DNA of 59,062 bases from a virus (Duplodnaviria > Caudoviricetes): positions 1 to 59,062 of IMG/VR virus record IMGVR_UViG_3300023179_007765; one strand, 5' to 3'. A program made the position numbers and the translations under genes. Under the pieces are notes generated by a model that searched no databases, was not told where the DNA came from, and was given only the letters and a program-made list of their open reading frames with translations. Of the stretch, positions 55,628-59,062 are shown piece by piece. Each line of letters begins with the position of its first letter. Within the stretch, counting starts at the first letter, position 1.

Positions 55628-55879
55628 ATGATCGACGGAAGACAGATCCGCGCCGCACGCGCGATGCTGGGCTGGAGCCGGGACGACCTGCTCAAGGCCT
55701 CGGGCATCTCGATGTCAGCGCTGCTGCGCATGGAAGGGGCACTGGCCGACAGCCGGGGCTCCACACTCAACAAGGTGGCCAAGGCCCTGACCCTGGCCGG
55801 CATCGAATTCGTCACTCGGGATGACGGGGCGATTGGCGTGATCCTCAAGGCACAAAATCCGCCCGATGCGCCACAATGA
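55628..55879 (+). CDS. XRE-family HTH regulator, divergent from the integrase
   Basis: QIRAARAMLGWSRDDL...GIEF. Confidence 0.88.
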   Translation: MIDGRQIRAARAMLGWSRDDLLKASGISMSALLRMEGALADSRGSTLNKVAKALTLAGIEFVTRDDGAIGVILKAQNPPDAPQ

Positions 55880-55908
55880 GCACAGCATCCCGAGCACCCC
55901 AAAAGGCA

Positions 55909-55945
55909 CAAAGGCCACCTGATGAGACACATTGGGTGGCCTTTG
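55909..55945 (+). terminator. Hairpin after the HTH gene
   Basis: caaaggccacc...ggtggcctttg 11-bp stem. Confidence 0.6.
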
Positions 55946-55963
55946 CACTAGATGGCTTCGGTT

Positions 55964-56140
55964 GGTAGGTAGTTTGTACGTCTGATTGGCTGCAAATTGC
56001 GTCTATATAGATAGGTGACACGGCTAAGTCTTTGAAAAGACAAAGGAAATATCCGATCAGAATGAAAATATGCCTTTTGCGGTAGGAAAGTGGTAGGAAG
56101 TGGGCGCTTCGAGGGCTTCAAAACGCGCGTAAGTCTTTGA
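55964..56140. promoter_or_regulatory. Putative attP-derived arm: integrase arm-type and IHF-like sites
   Basis: GGTAGG at 55964, 56081 and 56092 (GGTAGGAA tandem with 11-bp period); TAAGTCTTTGA at 56025 and 56130, resembling the IHF consensus YAANNNNTTGATW. Confidence 0.6.
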
Positions 56141-56163
56141 CTTATAAAGGGATTGCGGAGTAG

Positions 56164-58719
56164 CTGGCTATTACGCTCACTACTGGTGCGGACAACTTCA
56201 CCGGCAGCACAGGCAACGACACCTTTTTCGCCTCTTTGGTGTTTGCTGCTGATGAAACAGTTACAACAGCTTCACAGTTGTCAGTCGCTGATATTTTGGC
56301 CGGCGGAGCAGGTACTGACACACTCAACATCGTAATTTCTGGCTTACAAGATGCCGCCGTTACTGTTCCTGTGGCTTCTACTTCAGCTATGGAGACAATT
56401 AACATCCGCAACACTGTCGCTCAGGAAGCAACCTATGCTGCTACGAACGGCTTAACAACTGCTGCCTCAGATCGTTCTACTGGTGCGGTAGTTTTTTCTG
56501 GTCTTGCAGCTGGCGCAGTCGGCAGCGTCATCGGTGATGGTGTTGTTACAAACGGCGCATCAACCTTTGGATACGCTGCTACTGTTACATCCGGTACGGT
56601 TAATTTCTCAGGTGGAACCTTAGGAACACCTGTCGTTACTACTTCAGGAACACTCCTCGCTACCCAAACCGTTAACTCAACTGGAGCTGCAAACGTAACC
56701 GGCGCAATGACACTGGGTGCAGCTGTTACAACTTTGAACGTCAATGCTACAACAGCCTTGACAACAGGTGCTGTGACCAACACAGGCGGTGCAGCTTTGA
56801 CCAGAATCAACGTTACTGGTTCGGGCGCAGTTAGCTTGTCTGCTACCCCATTGGAAGCAACTGTTACAACCATTGATGCATCAGCTGCTACTGGTGCTTT
56901 GACTGTTGCATTGGGTTCTGCTGTTACACAAACAGTTACTGGCGGTACAGGTAACGACGTGATCACAACTGGTGCTGTTCTGACAACTGGTTCAGTTAAC
57001 GCTGGTGCAGGCACCGACGTTCTGGACGTCGGTACTAACGTTGCACACGTCAATACTTCAACCTTGGCTGCAAAGTACACAAACTTTGAAACAGTACGTA
57101 TTGGTGCGGCTGCTTTGGATATGTCCTTGATTGGCGGTATCAATGCAGTTCAATTGACAGGCGCTGCAACATTGACCAACATGACAGCTACCCAAGCTGC
57201 TGCAGTTACAGCTCGTGCAAACATTGGTAACGCAAGTCTGGCATTGGCAACTGCAACTGGCACATCGGACGTCTTGACCATTACAAACGGTTTGGGAACT
57301 ACGACGGCAGCTGCCACCACAATCGGCACACTGGTTGCTACAGGTTTTGAAACAATTAACCTCGCAGCAAACCCTGGCCCAACAGCCACATCAGGTGCAA
57401 ACCGTACTACAACGGTTACAGCGATCACTGATACATCATTGACCGCTGTCAATTTGACTGGTACTGCATTCACTTTTGGTGATATCGCTTCTACAAAGGC
57501 AGTTGCTTGGAATGCTTCAGCATTGACAGGTAACGGTGCTTCTACTCCAGTCGGTTTGACCTTGACCACAACTGGTGCAGCATTCGCCGGCTCTACTGTT
57601 ACTGGTTCCGCTCTGCGCGATTCGGTGATCATGGACTCTTCGACAGGTGTTACCTTTAACTTGGGTGCAGGCAACGACATCTTCTCGACAACATCAACAC
57701 TGCTGTTGCCATCAGGTGCTGCTACCGATAACACCATCAATGCTGGTGAAGGTGCTACTGACCGATTGGTGTTCACAGGTGCAGCAACTCTGACAGACAC
57801 ATCCTTCATCAAAACTTCCGGTTTCGAAGCTTTGGAGCTGGCAGGTGCTGGTGTTGCTAACAGTGTGACTGGTTTGGCCGCTGGTTTCTTGACAGGTTTC
57901 GCAGGTGGCGTAACTGTTACTGATACTGCTGCACAGACAGGTGCAAATGCATACACTTGGTCTTCTGGTTTGTATGCACAGCCAGTGACATTGACTCATG
58001 AGACTACATATGCCGGTACAGCTGCTGCTGGTAACCAAACCATTACAACTGGCGCAGGTAACGATACGATTACTGTGATTGCTTCGTCATGGGTTGGTGT
58101 TGCTGCTGGTACAGGCGCTACGATTGCAGTCAGTACTGGTGCAGGTAACGATACGATTACTGTTACTACTGGAACGCAGCTTGCACAAACTACAACTGCT
58201 CCTGTTGTGATTACGGGCGGTTTGGGTGCTGATACGATCACATCGTCGGGCGTCAACATCACAACTGGTGCTGGCGTACTGACAACAACATATGTGATTG
58301 CTGCTGGTGACTCTACGACAACTGCTTACGACTCAATCACTGGTTTTGACCTTGGAACTGCCGCACTTTTGCCTTCAACTCTGGACTTGGTAGGTACTGG
58401 TGCTGTTACCACTTATGCAGCAACTGCACCAACTGGCTACACAGCAGCTCAATTGACAGTTGCAGTTACTGCAACTTCTGGTTTGGTAGTTTTTGCGGGT
58501 ACAAGCGCCTCTGCATTGACTTTGGCAGAAAAAATTGCAGCAGTTCAATCAGTTGTTACAACCAACACCACTGACTTGGCAGTATTCACTCATGGTGCAA
58601 ACTCCTATGTGTTCCAAAACAACACAGCTGGAGACATCGTAGTTGAATTGGTTGGTGTTGCCGCAACAAACATCATTGTTGCCAACGCTAACGTTGCAGG
58701 TAGTGTCTTGGTGCTCTGA
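56164..58719 (+). pseudogene. 5'-truncated, start-less 3' half of a second RsaA-like S-layer gene (848 sense codons from the repeat)
   Basis: In-frame TAG at 56161-56163, then LAI-TLTTGADNFTGSTGNDTF... open to TGA at 58717-58719; GGxGxD repeats; no convincing RBS/ATG; codons strongly A/T-ending. Confidence 0.85.
56173..56222 (+). repeat. Putative attR core; direct repeat of 368..417
   Basis: 43/50 identity; lies at the boundary between the phage right arm and the start-less S-layer half gene. Confidence 0.72.
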
Positions 58720-58777
58720 TATCAACAAACCAAATACCCTCTTAAAAGGGTGATTCGTTAAGGTTCAAAACCACCAC

Positions 58778-58810
58778 AACCCCATCCCTCACAAGGGGGT
58801 GGGGTTTCTT
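58778..58810 (+). terminator. Rho-independent terminator after the second S-layer half
   Basis: aaccccatccc...gggggtggggtt followed by tctt. Confidence 0.75.
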
Positions 58811-58832
58811 CATTAATAAAAGGATTACTTAA

Positions 58833-58940
58833 ATGACCACTATCAATATTAACAACGTCGACTACGATACCGACAAACTCTCTGACGAAGCCAGGGCCCA
58901 GTTGGTCAGCCTTCAGTTCTGCGACCAAGAACTTCGGTAA
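58833..58940 (+). pseudogene. DUF6447-like small protein truncated by an IS insertion
   Basis: MTTININNVDYDTDKLSDEARAQLVSLQFCDQELR*; the stop lies within the apparent IS end. Confidence 0.65.
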
Positions 58941-59062
58941 TCCCCCCAAGGAGTCGAGGGGCTGGGAGGTAGAATTTTCTCGTAACGGAGGAGGTTCTAC
59001 ATGCGCAGGTCGAGGTTTACGGACAGCCAGATCATGGCGGTGCTCAAGCGTGCTGAGGTGGG
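58936..59062 (+). mobile_element. Left end of a second IS3-family element (runs off the window)
   Basis: ggtaatcccccc end; RBS ggagg; OrfA from ATG 59001, MRRSRFTDSQIMAVLKRAEV. Confidence 0.8.

Larger units (their letters stand above)
368..56183. mobile_element. Prophage (lambda-like head, P2-like contractile tail), inferred to be integrated within the S-layer gene
   Basis: Replication, packaging, head, tail, lysis and integrase modules in 10465..55879; the left boundary is inferred from the direct repeat at 368/56173; the phage identity of the core is secure, the left end less so. Confidence 0.75.

Noticed and set aside
55880-56172. tRNA or tmRNA fragment as the integration target
   Set aside because: No cloverleaf or T-arm/CCA-type sequence is recognisable next to the integrase.
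56236-58719. Reading the right S-layer ORF as a complete gene starting at TTG 56236
   Set aside because: Homology to the left gene extends 21 codons upstream of this TTG to 56173, there is no good RBS, and the N-terminal domain is missing, so it is better read as a 5'-truncated half. Low-level independent expression is not excluded.

Overview
The window is dominated by a ~55.8 kb, apparently near-complete temperate prophage with a lambda-like cos/head module, a P2-like contractile tail, a P4-type primase-helicase and a tyrosine integrase at its right end. The host is probably a GC-rich proteobacterium. The standout observation is the likely integration site. The window opens inside a large RsaA-like (S-layer/RTX-type) surface-protein gene (<1..2419). 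About 650 bp beyond the integrase start lies a second, start-less 3' half of a different S-layer gene (56164..58719). Both halves begin at the same in-frame sequence: acgctcactac (TLTTGADNFTG...) at 368 and 56173, with 43/50 nt identity. The right copy has an in-frame stop just upstream and is preceded by arm-like and IHF-like repeats. The simplest reading is that the phage integrates inside the S-layer gene and splices its own 3' half, plus surface-modification cargo, onto the host 5' part. The previous 3' half is left silent at attR, and excision would restore it in frame. This would be an integration-driven S-layer domain swap. Other features are two IS3-family insertions, each hitting the gene directly after an S-layer half, and a LexA-like repressor with two AGAAC-N4-GTTCT operators. 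There is also a ParDE module, a leftward small-gene cassette with three copies of a 31-bp promoter-like motif, a P2-type tail-chaperone frameshift, and a TIGR04255-led four-gene moron that may be a defence system. All protein family calls come from motif recognition and gene order, not from database searches.
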